Origin: Marsupella aquatica
Taxonomy: Eukaryota; Plantae; Marchantiophyta
DNA: 64,000 nt
Direction: 5' to 3'
Assembly: GCA_973895155.1 (NCBI GenBank)
Contig: OZ316895.1
Span: 21,216,558 to 21,280,557 of the forward strand
This document shows, in pieces, positions 42,090-54,448 of the stretch. Within the stretch, counting starts at the first letter, position 1. Every line of letters starts with the position of its first letter. The translations under genes were made by a program, and so were the position numbers. Below the pieces are notes generated by a model that saw only the letters and a list, made by a program, of their open reading frames with translations, did not search any database and was not told the origin of the DNA.

Positions 42090-45000
42090 ATGCCTGGTCT
42101 GGTGGGACATCAGCACCCATCACCAGCGCAGGGAGGAGGAGGAGGTGGTGGAGGAGGAGGGATGGAGCTGCAAAAACAGCGGCAGCAGCAGCAGGCGAGT
42201 CGAATTGACGCTATCCTGCAACTGGTAGGAGGTCCGTCCGAGACTTCCACCGCTCTTCAGGTCAAGAACCTTCTTTCTCGTGTTGGTTCCTTCCCACGTT
42301 TACGTACTGACGACGCTGTAATTGCGCTCACGTCTGTTTTGCACGTCACTGAGGATTCGGATGTTCACTGTAAGCCTTCGAGGGACTTCTTGAGGGCGTA
42401 TTTCGTCAATCTTGGAGCTGTAATCTGAACGTGGAGTTAGAATATATCCGTTGCCCTAATCGGGGATCTGTCGACTCTGAAATGTCAGTCAATGTATTGA
42501 TCCATTGATGACATTCCCGCATGACCTCGAGGATTCTTCTGAAGATCTGCGAGTTATGCTGCGTAAAACTTACTCCTGTCACCTTCAAATGTCGAGTTTG
42601 GTATTGGAGCAGAATTGGACGAGCTATCAAAGTTGATTAACCCGATTTATCCTCCAGGGTAGTGACATCCTAACAAAATTTCCAAGACTATAATGTGACG
42701 GGTACAAATTAGGTGCTGGGCTCGAGGTTTACCTCTCAATCTGTTTTAGTCCAGGCTGTGTGATCGTCAGGGCTCGTGAAGTTCAAGCACAACGGAAGTT
42801 GCTTTGTGTCCTCGTAGGGACATTGGCGGTTTCAATGTGTCCGAGGATTCTAAATGTGCAATTACTAAGGTTTTACGTCATGAAGACTGAAGTGCTCCGG
42901 CCCCTGATATGCGGTGAACTTAGGTTGGGGACAGTCCTATCAGAATAGCTTTGGCACTCAAGAGGTCACGTGGACAGCGGCAGTATATTTGCTACCGTTC
43001 TGAAGAGGCCGTTTTGTATGAATGTTGCAGGACTCCCAGAGGCCGGCTAAAGATTTTCTCGATAATGACGAGACTGCAGATGTTATTATTTCTAAAATTA
43101 CGGACCCTCAATCGGGGAAGGTATTGACTTTCTTCTCTTCCTCTCTGCCAAACTTTCTCATCGTCATTTTGAGAAATATACTGGCAAGGTTTTTGATTCT
43201 TCGTGGGTTTCATAGTGCAGTGATTACTGAGGTTTGTCTCTGATGACCAGGGGCTGATGTTCAATGTATTCATGTAACGCAGGGGATTGATCAATTATGC
43301 CAGTGGTTCTATGAGTCATATCAAACCAAAGATCCTGATCTTCAAGCTGTGGTGCTGCGATATATTCCCACTTTGTGTGGAATCTACTTTTCTCGTTCGT
43401 CTATCGACATGGTCGAACCACTGGCAGGTTAGTTCTTCTAGCACGTGCACTTCCGACGATTAAGTACTTTCAATAAATTCGCTGTTACTAAGGAGAACTT
43501 AAATGAAGAATACGTGACGTCTTGAAGGTCTAAATTTTAAGTGATTTTCCGTCGTTGTCAAATGATTTCAGCTTGAAGAATTACATTGAGTTTGTCGGCA
43601 TTGGTAGCAGCACTCTGATCAAACTAGTTTTTATCTGCATTGGAACTACCTTAAGTTTATTGGCACGGTTTTGAGTACAAAAGACACTTGAACATGTGTG
43701 ATGTGGGCACTCACGCTCTGCTAATTTCTATTCACTCTTCTCACTTCTCTTTACCTCACGGGGGAACTTACTTCTTTGTCCGACGAAGTTCATATTTGGG
43801 GAAATGAAACTGATCATGTTGTCTGTGTTTCAGGTTTTGAGGCGGTTCTATTAGCACTCTACACTGAGGAGGCTAGGGCTCGCGGGGGTAAGCCCCTTCT
43901 GATCAACCTTCCAAATCTCTCTCAACCAAGTCTATACCACACCCCACCTGAAGTGCCCCGTACTTCAGCAGCATCAAAGGTGTGTTGTGATTCTTTGATT
44001 TGAAAGTCATGAAGCATGGAGGATTTGACTCCACAGTTTACCCACTCATCTTAGAAAACTGTGTCTAGTCATCGATAAGGGACTAAGTTATCGCAATTCA
44101 GGCAAAACAATTATGTAAGACTGCATGGTCTTAATCTACCCTTCCAAGTCAAAATGGAGCTTCTGTTGGTAGTTCTTGAGCAAGATCATCCAATAGCGTC
44201 CTGTCTCGCTCTAAACAGTGTCAATGAATATTTTCTTGTGTGTGATAGCAAGATCCGTTTACAGAGCTGTTAAATCCTCCTCTGGAACCACAACCAGCTG
44301 TTAAGAGCACAAAGCGGGCTGCAATTGTGGGAATAGCTCTAGAACTCTTTTGGAGGCGGATAGCAGTGATGCCTCTTAAATCGAAGTTCGAGTTTTGCCA
44401 GTATGTGCAGAGGTAATTTGTTTTTCTCGAAGATCTACTACTCTTCTGGAACATCAGTATTGAAAAAATAGTCTTTCCTCAAAAAAGTAGGTTCTGGGTG
44501 GAACTTCTGGCCCCGTTCCTTACTTCCTTCTTCTTACACTTTTTTAATATCTGAAAGCCTACCTCTGTACTTGTCCTGTTCTATCTGTTATCTTTACTGA
44601 TGGATGTCGATGTGTCAGCTTTTTAAGGTCCAGAAGTGACCAAGATTTGAGGTGGTATCGCTTACAGCTTGAAGTTGGAAGAGGATGGTCCCTGATGTCT
44701 ACTGCTGCACTATAATTATTCAGTATTTCAAATTTTGTGTGCAGGTGGGCTGTTTTGGGATGTTCGTGGGCCCCACAGGTTGATGATATTGCGAGGCTTG
44801 CACTCCTGCCTTTTAAACCTGTGTCACCTACAGCAACAGCTGAGAAAATTCCGGAGTTGGGGCATGCCATGGCAACCGGCGAGTCTCTCGCAGTTAGTCA
44901 GGCTGTATTTGAGCAGCCGCCTCACCAACGAACAGTTGAGCCTACAAAGGCAGCTCTCATTGACCGAACTACATCTGGTTTGTAACATTTTAATTGGCTG

Positions 45001-45544
45001 TTGGTGCTTTCTGTCAATTCATTTAAGTCTGATGGTGGGGAGCACAAGGATGTATCTATGAGGTTTTCTGCTCAACCATTCGATTCTATTGTGATTTTTC
45101 ATGTTGCCATGCGACTCATAAGCTATTGTAGCCTATCAGTGAGTTGTCAGTAGAAGGTTGCGCCGATTTCTTTATTAGGAATTACAATGTAATGGTGGGT
45201 TTTGTGGCTGTTGTATGGCAGAGTTCACATCATCTGTCGGTTCAGTGTCATTCAATTCAGCAACTAGCAGCGTCGAACCACTAGCGGATGAACCTGAAGA
45301 ATTCGGTGCCAAATTGCCTCTCCCTCTTGATCTTCTGCGGCCAATTTTCAAAGTTCTTGGACATTGCCTCATGGTTTCGACAAGTACGGCAGACGTGAAG
45401 GAAGCAGCGTTGGGCGCGGCACGCGCGCTCTATGTTCGAGCTTCCGAAGACCTTGTTCCTGAAGCAATCTTGGCTTCTCGAAGTCTTGTTAGACTAGGTG
45501 TTGCTTCACAGGCTGTGCCCCAAGGTGCAAACGGAAGTACCTGA
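42090..45544 (+). CDS. Hyccin/FAM126 family protein (PI4-kinase alpha complex subunit)
   Basis: Exons: 42090 to 42224 or 42260, about 43031-43120, 43282-43427 (LCQWFYESYQTKDPDLQAVVLRYIPTLCGIY), 43834-43979 (FEAVLLALY...LPNLSQPSLYH), 44249-44412, 44745-44977, 45222-45544 (LPLDLLRPIFKVLGHCL...ALYVRASEDLVPEAILASRSL). These are hallmark hyccin motifs. Confidence 0.9.
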
Positions 45545-46324
45545 GCACGTTGATTGCAGTTTGATGAACATGATCATAAAAGGAGAGTCCAAGATACCTG
45601 AGCCTCCTTGAGTGCAGTTTGATCAGTACATCAGAAAAAGGAGAATCCAAGATATGGAAATTAGGGTTCAGACCTGCTCAATTGCTGCGTTGGAGAGGGA
45701 TCCTCTGCAGAGGACTACGCGTTTACAAATTGGAAGTATGTCAGCAAGGGCGGGTTGGGATCTACTGCATTACTTGCCGGTACAATGTAGCTCCTTGATG
45801 ATAACCAGGACGTGTCCTGTGACTTGCTAGAGTCTTGCCAGAGGATACGAAGTATGCTTGCAATCTTCAAATTCAGCTGTAACACCTTGGGAGATTGGTG
45901 ACTGTGAAGGGCATTCATATCAGAAATTGTGATGCCAACGGAGACTAGATTTCAACAGCTATTTTTTGTTGACGGTTTCGCCGTTAACAGCTCCCATGAG
46001 CAACACCATTGTAGGAGATGCAGCACAGATTGTTTGAGTTGTGAACGGTTCGTCGTGCGTCATCCAAAACTATGCTGACAACTGCAGCAAACTTTTCACT
46101 GTGAACTAGGGACCTCTTGTTGTGGGCGATGCACCGGCTAGACCTGACCTTAACAAACCTGTAGAACATAGGTATGTATTCTTGTAACCATATTATTCTG
46201 GGAGCGAAGGTTCGATTTTACCCGCTTCCTTTGTGTTGCATAGCTTCATTTAATCTGAAGGTCTGATGCGAGCAATAAGCTGACGTCAAGGTGATCACGT
46301 CCAATGACTTGCCGTGCATCATTG

Positions 46325-46515
46325 GTGGTATGCGATGATGGAATGTGACGCAGTGAATGTTACCCCATCATGGCTGTTTTGCCTCGTGTATACTTATTGC
46401 TGCATCGTGCAGGTGGTAGTTCGAGGTGTTTACTTCCGTTCCATAGTTATGGAAACAAACCGTGCTTTCTATCACCATAAATGCTAACTATCAAAGATTA
46501 CAAAATACTCACGAA
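46325..46515 (+). repeat. Segmental duplication marker, copy 1 (paralogous to 49333-49522)
   Basis: gtgacgcagtgaat(g/a)ttaccccatc(a/g)tggctgttttgcctcgtgtatacttattgctg...gttccatagttatgga...caaaatactcacgaa is present at both sites. Confidence 0.9.
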
Positions 46516-47897
46516 ACCTAGGACGCCTTGAAATGTTTTCAAACACACTGTTCCATGTGCTCAAGAATGAAATTCCATCGAGTCTCTTTAAATGAAGACT
46601 TCGGTTGTTCATTTTTCAAGACTCAAGTCACAAATGTAACCCTGCTTTCATTTCCAATCACGAATCTACCTCTCGTTTATGACCCAAAGGAATTTAAAGC
46701 AGAGATTCCTTCCAATACAATGCACATTAGAGTCACCCCTGAGCACATACCCCAGCATGTAATTGCTCCGACGATGGACTAACACCCGTCATCTGCAAGC
46801 GGAGTAAAACCGTGTTGACCCTCTAGTTCCAAAGCGTCCCAAAATCATCTCATTGAGGTATAAAAGTGAGCTTGATGAGTAAATTTACTCCGAAGAGACC
46901 CTCGATAGAAGAAACGAGAGCTGCGTGATCATAATTCATAGCGAAGGTGTCCCCCGTAGCATTAGTTTCCTCCACTACCATCAAATAAACTGGAAATTAT
47001 TTTCCTCCAAGACATCCATACAGACACTGACCAAATTCTGCATAATGTTTTGTGTTACTGACAATGGCAAAAATATGACTTCAAAATTGAAAGTGGGCCC
47101 AATGTGTCTGCTCATTCAAAGCTCGATGCTTATTTTTCCTGTGATATGTTTAGCGCTGGTAGAAGGCCCAAACAGTTTGCATTTCATTTGTAACGTTCTG
47201 GTGGAATGCCCATAATGAAAGGAAAAGTCTTGTTCTTCCCACACAAGAGTCTCTCTACCCAGCCCTCCACTTTGAACCAAAGCCCCTTCATTTTCTTCCG
47301 CAGGATTGGGCCATTCTACCAACGTTAAAAGCTCATTATGATCAGTAGGAATACCTAGGGGCGAGATTTCTAGAGAGTCAACAGATGCAAAATTGCAGCC
47401 AAGGAAAATGAATGTAACTGTGCCCATGAATTTTCATGGATATCATAGTCATGAATAGACAGCGGACTCATTGAGTAGAATCTTCCTATTGCAACAAACA
47501 TACTTTCCTCGGGGTTCCCAATAGGCTCAACCAATCTTTACTCGTCCCTGATTGGATCATAAACTTCTGAAGGACCTGCATCTGTAGCTTTGAAACTGCC
47601 ATTTCGGCCCGTTAGGCAATGGGTAGAATAATTTGTAAAATTTTTGAGAAATCAAATATCTCGGTCTCGGAACACGATGACCAAATCTCAAAGCAACGAT
47701 AGGGCTTAATTTACGTCAAGAATCCTTCTCGGGGTTGTACAGACTAGATTTCGACACTGCACCGCCAAATATATAAATCTAGTCCCTTCAAAACATACAC
47801 TTAGCCATCCAATGTGGCACGTCGGTCCCATTGCTCAATTACTTGCCCAAAATACTTCAAGGTAAGAGTACTTCATGAGGAAAGACGAGGTTTGTTC

Positions 47898-48045
47898 CAG
47901 CAGCTGCTTTCGACTTGGCAGCATCCCGTGACCCCAAGATAACAGAGAAACCAGCCGACGCCAGCCTATTCACCAAAGGCTTACCAATGTTCCCGGTGCC
48001 TGGGAGGACCGAGATCGTCAAACCCTTCAACTTCGCAGCGGCCAT
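47898..48045 (-). pseudogene. Truncated FNO/NpdG-like oxidoreductase, copy A (first about 49 codons only)
   Basis: MAAAKLKGLTISVLPGTGNIGKPLVNRLASAGFSVILGSRDAAKSKAAA, after which homology to copies B and C ends abruptly. No exon 2 or 3 found downstream. Confidence 0.85.
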
Positions 48046-48730
48046 GATTGAAGAATTGAACTTTCGTTTACAGATGATAATCACAACTGAAGACTTGAAA
48101 TGAACTTGGGACAATTCCGAGCTTTTAGTGAGCTTTGACACTCATGCCGCACTTTATAGCGATGGGCAGACAGGACGGAAGCGCGTATGTCCCGCAAGCT
48201 GTCGGAGTATTGCGGTTGCCAATTTGGCAAAATTTCAATCCTTTCGTGTTCATTTTAGACGGGCAAAAGGGAATACAATCATGCCCGAATGGTCAACAAA
48301 TCTGGGCCAGTTAATTTTTAGCTCTAAAGAGGCAGATTTTGGTCTCAACAATGTTTTTTTAGCTGTGCAGGAGGAGTACATCTACATGACTTACAAGGAA
48401 TTCACTAGGAAGGTGGCGAGCAAACAGTACACCTGCACTCAGAATCCTCCTACCCGCCTCCCTTCTTGGGACGCGTGTGCTTGTTTGACAGGGCCAAGGG
48501 GATACAATCAGGCATCAATGGTCAACTAATCTCGCCTCTACTGGGGTGCATTTTCAGCTCTACAGTGGCAGAATTTGATCTGAGCTAAGAATTTCTTGAG
48601 GTGGTGCAGGAAAAGCACAATTACGTGTGGAGAAACTCACTCGGAAGGTGGCGAGCAAAGAATGCACCTGCCACTCAGAGTCGTGGTGCATGCATTTACC
48701 TTTTGGGTATGCATTGTTTATTCTGTAAGT
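48046..48730 (-). promoter_or_regulatory. Upstream region of copy A with TATA box and a tandemly duplicated module of about 230 bp containing W-boxes
   Basis: TATAAA (minus) at 48153-48158; TTGACC (minus) at 48291-48296 and 48520-48525. Homologous to 52000-52400 and to the reverse complement of 62440-62860. Confidence 0.65.
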
Positions 48731-48944
48731 TTTGTATGGAAGAAAGTTTCCCGGCGAGTAACCCTTTCTATTGCATGCTCCTATTCTCATAATTTGGCAC
48801 CCCGACGTAAACAGCCGGATGACCATTTTCCAGACAAGATTCACTTACGAGAACCGAGGACCGGACAGGGTTCTAGTCTGTAGCCCTGTTACTTGGATGG
48901 TCGAAAAAGCTGTTCGGCTGCCACCAGTCATCTTATTCTTCACA

Positions 48945-49022
48945 TTCCAGAGTCAGCTTACTCTCACTTTCCAGAGTCAGCTTACTCTCACTTTCCAGAG
49001 TCAGCTTATTCTCACATTCTCA
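48945..49022 (+). repeat. 24-bp tandem repeat x3
   Basis: ttccagagtcagcttactctcact repeated. Confidence 0.9.
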
Positions 49023-49332
49023 CAGCTTAGTTACCCTCGCGCAGCCGTTGATTATCCTATACGTACACAGCCTTTGGGACGCTGGGTGCATGCCTTTCGG
49101 CTATGAGTTGTTTATTCTCCATATTAGCGGGACCGAAACAGGGGGATAAGGAAGTCGCTCCAGAGTAAATAACGGTGAGGTCAAATTGTTGGTGAGTAAA
49201 CGTATGGCTTGACATTAAATTGAGATGAAAGAAACTCTTTTTTTTGGTTGGAATGGGGAAAGCAGACCACAGACCCGCACCAAATGCACTGCATGATTCC
49301 TCAGAACATTAGTACATTGTCAGTGGCATGAT

Positions 49333-49522
49333 GTGATTGGGTATAAGGAAGGTGACGCAGTGAATATTACCCCATCGTGGCTGTTTTGCCTCGTGTATAC
49401 TTATTGCTGAATCGTTCGGGTGGAGATTCGAGGTATTATCTCCCGTTCCATAGTTATGGATACAAACGGTGCTTTCATTCACCAGAACTGGTAATTATCA
49501 AAGATCACAAAATACTCACGAA
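49333..49522 (+). repeat. Segmental duplication marker, copy 2
   Basis: Near-identical to 46325-46515. Confidence 0.9.
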
Positions 49523-50210
49523 TTTTCACCCAGACTGTTTTATGTTTTGAAGAATTTCCATTCATCTGTTTACATTAACAGTCTTCGGTTGTTTCAAATC
49601 ACAATTGAAAATCTGCTTTCATGTGATATTTTCATCCGAACTCTTAATTTCTGCGGATTGGGTAATTTGGCGACTTAAACTACAGCGAATAGTAAAACAT
49701 CTCTGATTGGAACAAACTCCTGTTGGCTTCAATACCACCGTTTGCAACTCTTCCATCAGAGCATTGATTTTAAAGGAATACTGGTTCTCTCGTATAGACT
49801 CTTGATTTCCACAGAAGATTACAGGTCCTCTCGTGTAGTCTCTTGATTTCAACCACGGAGTCTCGTATAGGTAATTATGCGCTCAAGATTATAGTACTTC
49901 ATGACGGAAGCCAGCTTTTTTCCCATTCAATACCAGCAAATCCAGCATCAGCTTTCTTCACTCCAAAAAAAGTTCTGACTAAGATGTCAACTTGAACATC
50001 ATCTGGCGGAAAATTTTGCAATGGTCCTGGGCAAGTATAAACGTGGAGCTCTGCCCTTAAAGTTTACTCTTGTCATCGAGACAGTTCCCAATCTCGGCTC
50101 ATCTCCAAATACATGGAGAAACCTGGAGCAGGCTAACCACTCTAACCTCCAAAGACTTCATGAGGAGTATCTATTAGTCAGACCTTCTATGCATTGACAT
50201 AATCATGCTA

Positions 50211-51986
50211 TCACTCGCCAAATCTCCAGCCAGATCTATAGGCCTTTCCTGGGCGGAGTCTGTCAATTAAAGGCAACCAATTTGGGCCAAGCAGCTCAAC
50301 AATCTTAGTGTATTTCAGTGGCCCGGCCCTTGCCCCCTTGAATCCTGGAATGGAATCCACCAAAGCGATAGTAATATCCACAGCTTCCTCGTCATCGCCA
50401 GCCACAAAGACAGCATGTGGGTTGCTCACAGGCGGAGGATCCAAGATCAATCCCTGCCACACATGAAGACCCGCTTACATTAGCTACAATTTGACCAGCT
50501 TGGGGAAAGGAAAGTCGCCAAAGAAAACCAAGGTACATTTGTTGCACATCACCATCGAGGAAAAACGTGTTCATTCTACTTACACCTTTTCCATAAAATT
50601 GACCTGTAGTGCTAATTGATCTATCTAGTCCTAGAATAGGAGCATTTTGCGGCAGTCATTCCTGAACGCTGCCTAAAAATTGGTCAACATCGATCACTCA
50701 GAGCTTCACACAATGATGTAGCCAGCCCAACATGTATCAGTCTCAGCCTCAATCCCCATCTTCACCTGGAGAGACAGGGCCAGTTCTCCAGCAGCTCTCC
50801 TCAAAGCAATCACAAAAGCATTCATCCACAAAATATTTTCCATAGCTATTTTAAGGATGAGCGAAATGGAGGGCAGACGTGCTCACAGAGAAAACATGTT
50901 TGAAGGCAGTAGTCCATCGAGCAGGAACACCCAACGCTTCCTGGCTTAACAGCGTCGACGAAACCTGACCCCAGGCACTCTCGTCCAACAAATAAAGGAT
51001 ATTTGTCGTGTCAACAATGATTTTCCCTTCCAACGGCTTGGCAAGAGATTTCAACAGTGCCTCCCGTTCCGCAAGTGTACCCTGCAGCGCACAATCTCGT
51101 TTGTTGACTCAAATCAAGTGTCGAAACGTATCCAGGAATTTGCCTAAACGGGCATCGTACTTAGCGATCTAAATGGGAGTCTAAAGCCCTACTGCAAATG
51201 AGAGTTAGTGAATGGGCCGTCACTCAGCACACACCCAATTTACAGGAAATGCAAACAACAATGCAAACAACTAACTGTCAGAGAAAGGTTTACGAGCAAA
51301 TTATTTCGGAGATCTAACCAATGAGCCACAAACTATCTAAATCGATGCTGAAGATGTGAGTTGGAAGCAAGAAGGGGACGTCCAAATGAGAGAGCTACGC
51401 AGTACAGCAGGCTGGCAGCGAAATCTACATACCATCTGGAAACGACATCTTAGTAATAGAAAAGAGTACTGATGTCAAATATGAACGGGATATCTGGGCA
51501 GAAGCCCACACGAAGTACCCCAACATTACTAACCAACATTTAGTGTTCAGCGAAAACTATCACAACTTACAAGACCCTTTTCGCGTGTCAGCATACTTTT
51601 CTCCTCTCTCGTTCGCTGTAATCAGGCTATATGTATGCAAGCCCTTCGTTGTCACAATGACCTTCTACCCTCTATGTCAGACTCCACATTCCACAAAACA
51701 GATTCACAAACTATGAATGAGCCGAATGACTGAGGAGAATAATTACCGAAACTGTCCAGATAATCACGTCTCCAGCTGCAGCAGCTTCATGTAACGCGAG
51801 GCCTTTGACAGGCTTCTTCACAGCTTCTGAGACTTCTGCAGCAGCTGCTTTCGCCTTGGCAGCATCCCGGGACCCCAAGATGACAGAGAAACCAGCCGAC
51901 GCCAGCCTGTTCACCAGAGCTCCACCAATGTTCCCGGTGCCTGGGATGACCGAGATCGTGAGACCCTTCAACTTCGCAGCGGCCAT
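50211..51986 (-). CDS. NADPH-dependent F420 reductase (FNO/NpdG)-like Rossmann oxidoreductase, copy B, complete, 225 aa
   Basis: Exons 51986-51747 (240 nt), 51081-50887 (195 nt), 50453-50211 (243 nt) with phase-0 GT-AG introns. Motifs ISVIPGTGNIG, VILGSRDAAKA, AAAAGDVII, KIIVDTTN, TAFKHV, VFVAGDDEEA, IPGFKGARAGPL, IVELL follow the F420_oxidored/NpdG pattern over the full length. Confidence 0.85.
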
Positions 51987-52470
51987 GATTGAACAATTGA
52001 GCTTTCGTTTACAGATGACAACTCTCAAGGTAAGGCTTGAAATCAACAATGGACAATTCCGAGCTCTTTGCAAGCTCTGAGAATCATGCTGCGATTTATA
52101 GAGCGATGGGCAGAGAGGGCGGATGCGCGAGTGTCCCACAATTTGGCAAAATTTTCAATCCTTTCGTACGCTGCTGCTTTCATGCGCCCAATTGGTCAAC
52201 AAATCTCGACTCCCCTGGGCCCAATTTTAGCTCTAAACCAGCAGAATTAGAAAACAGAACAATTCCTGAGATGGGGCAGGAAGAGTACAACAATTACATG
52301 TGGCACGAATAATTCTATAGGAAGGTGGCGATCGAACAACGTACCTGCCACTCGGAATCCTCCTACCCACCTTCCTAGGAAAGATGCTGGTGCATGCATT
52401 TGCCTTTCGGCTATGCATTTGTTTATTCTCTACACTATCCTTTCGAGACGCTCGTGCATGTATCTGCCGT

Positions 52471-52556
52471 TTGCATGCATTGTTATTCTGTAAATTCTAA
52501 TTGCATGCATTGTTATTCTGTAAATTCTAAGGATTATTATTATTATTATTATTATG
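52471..52556 (+). repeat. 30-bp tandem duplication followed by a (TAT)n microsatellite
   Basis: ttgcatgcattgttattctgtaaattctaa x2, then about 7 tat units. Confidence 0.9.
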
Positions 52557-52574
52557 ATGCTGCTTGGGACTCTT

Positions 52575-53330
52575 GCTACCATGGAGTAGCCACATGTTCT
52601 CCCCTCTCGGGATGGTATTTTTGACCGACGGCGGGTGGATCTGGTCTTTTCTAGGGCTGGGGTTCGTGCTGTTGGGGATGTGGTTGTTGCTGATCCTACT
52701 GGGGGAAGCCATGTCATGGTTGCCGACCATGTGCCTGGCCATGTTGCGGCCAAGGCAGCTTGGTTCAAGGAGGAGGCCTATGTTATCTGGGGGATCTTTT
52801 TTACCCCTTTGCCCTTGAGGTTTTTGGTGCTCTCCACCCTACCTTTGACCCGTTCCTACAGGCCTGTGCAGTTTTTTGTATTGACAGAAGACCTTTCCTG
52901 CTTGTTTCAGTCATCACTGCCTTTTTCCAGCAACAGGTGTCTGTGGCTCTTCAACGGGCCCAGGATTTTACCCTCCTTCGTAGGGTTGAGGCAGTTGGTT
53001 TTAGGGCCTACCGCCAGGTTCCGCTTCGTGACCCTCCTATGCGGTTTACTCCAGAACTCTACCATGCCTTTCAGTTCTTTGCTCCGTAGGGTATTAGCTT
53101 TCACGGCTCCTTTGTAGGTTTCATTTTTGTCTTTGTTCTTTCTTTGGCTTTTGGTTGGGGACCCCTTGGCTTGTTTTTCTTGGGGCCCTTTCCCCTCTTT
53201 TCCTCCCCTTCATTTGGTTGTTTTGCCTTTGGGATCTTGTCTTCCGGTTGAGCATTTTCTGCCTTTGTGTAGTGTGATATATATCTTGATCTTGGCTAGG
53301 CTTGACTACCCCTTCTTAAGAACGTGAATA
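52575..53330 (+). mobile_element. 5'-truncated non-LTR retrotransposon 3' end with restriction-like endonuclease (CRE/R2 group), degenerate
   Basis: Frameshifted RRVDLVF...GDVVVADPT...AAKAA.FKEEAY...FYPFALEVFGALH...QQVSVALQRAQ matches the RLE pattern R-x-D...D-V...K-x-x-x-Y...P-x-A-x-E-x-x-G...SxALQR. A T-rich 3' UTR follows. Confidence 0.75.
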
Positions 53331-53659
53331 GTAATAGAGGAGAGTACAATAAACTGTAAACAAAATATATTTACTATTTGAATTCTTTGAAGGTTAATGA
53401 AATAATAAAAAAACCATTATGTTTGGTCCATCATTTTAACAATTATACATACCATAGCATACTCCTTTCTATGCACTTATATTAAGGTGGGCCCTAGAGT
53501 CAAGGTGTAGAAGCTTCACTCTAGAAGCCTACAGTAGATCTCAACTCTACTTCCCTACGCGCTTTATATAATTATAAGATATGTAACAAAGGTTATAGGT
53601 GGGTAGCTATTCTACTCGAAGCTCCTATTGTCATAACTAGCCTGATGAAAATAACTAGG

Positions 53660-54170
53660 CTGCCACTATTTGTTGGCATAATAATTTATACATTGCTACT
53701 TGTTTTTTTTTCTTTCTATTTCTCATAATGTCACTGTTTTCATGTGTGGGCTAAGAAAGTAATCTAGGTTAGCTCCCTCAGACTGAATGGCTCTCCTTCA
53801 CATCCAACTCCTTCACATCCAATGGCTCTTGTCACACCTAGTTCTGTGATCGGATGGCTCTAGTGTCCCTCAAGGTGACTGTGACCACTGTCAGCAAGAC
53901 AGATGAAGTTGTGTGCGAGGACAGGCTGGGCATAGGATGGGAGGAGTGGACCACACCCCACCCACCCCTCAATGAACTGACCCAGGGGTGGTCAAAGTCA
54001 CCTTGAGGGAAACTCAGGCTGTCTAATCAAGAAATTGGGTGCGATGACAGCCATAGGATGTGAAAGAGCTAACCTGAATTAATTTTTATAACCCATAAAC
54101 AAATATAGTGACATTGTGCTGAATAGGAAACATTCAGTGGCAAGGTATGTATGCCAAAAAAGAGTGGCAA
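53660..54170. mobile_element. Fold-back/MITE-like element with long imperfect terminal inverted repeats
   Basis: ccctcaaggtgactgtgaccac (53867-53888) pairs with gtggtcaaagtcaccttgaggg (53988-54009). Collinear outward pairs: aggttagctc/gagctaacct, aatgtcact/agtgacatt, ttggcata/tatgccaa, tgccact/agtggca. Confidence 0.75.
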
Positions 54171-54448
54171 TCTTGTGAATCCCAATTCCTACTTATTATT
54201 CTATTTCCATTCATTATTTGCTCTTGACCCTCATTTTGACTTCTTTGCTAGATAATAATATATAATTGAAACCTAGTACAAACTGGAAGGAGACACCATT
54301 TACAGGTTGCATTTCAATCAAAAGTGTAAACAATGTTATCTGAGTTCATTTAGAAATATCTAACTACACAAGAATGAAAAAATATTTTCCGCCCGACGAC
54401 TTTTAATGAGTTGTTACCCTTCTCCGACCCTTCTTGCCAACCCAAGCA

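Noticed and set aside
101-45544. Functional cluster of membrane-traffic genes (VPS13, SH3P, hyccin)
   Set aside because: The genes are separated by more than 10 kb of repeats and show no shared regulatory signal; likely coincidental without synteny evidence.
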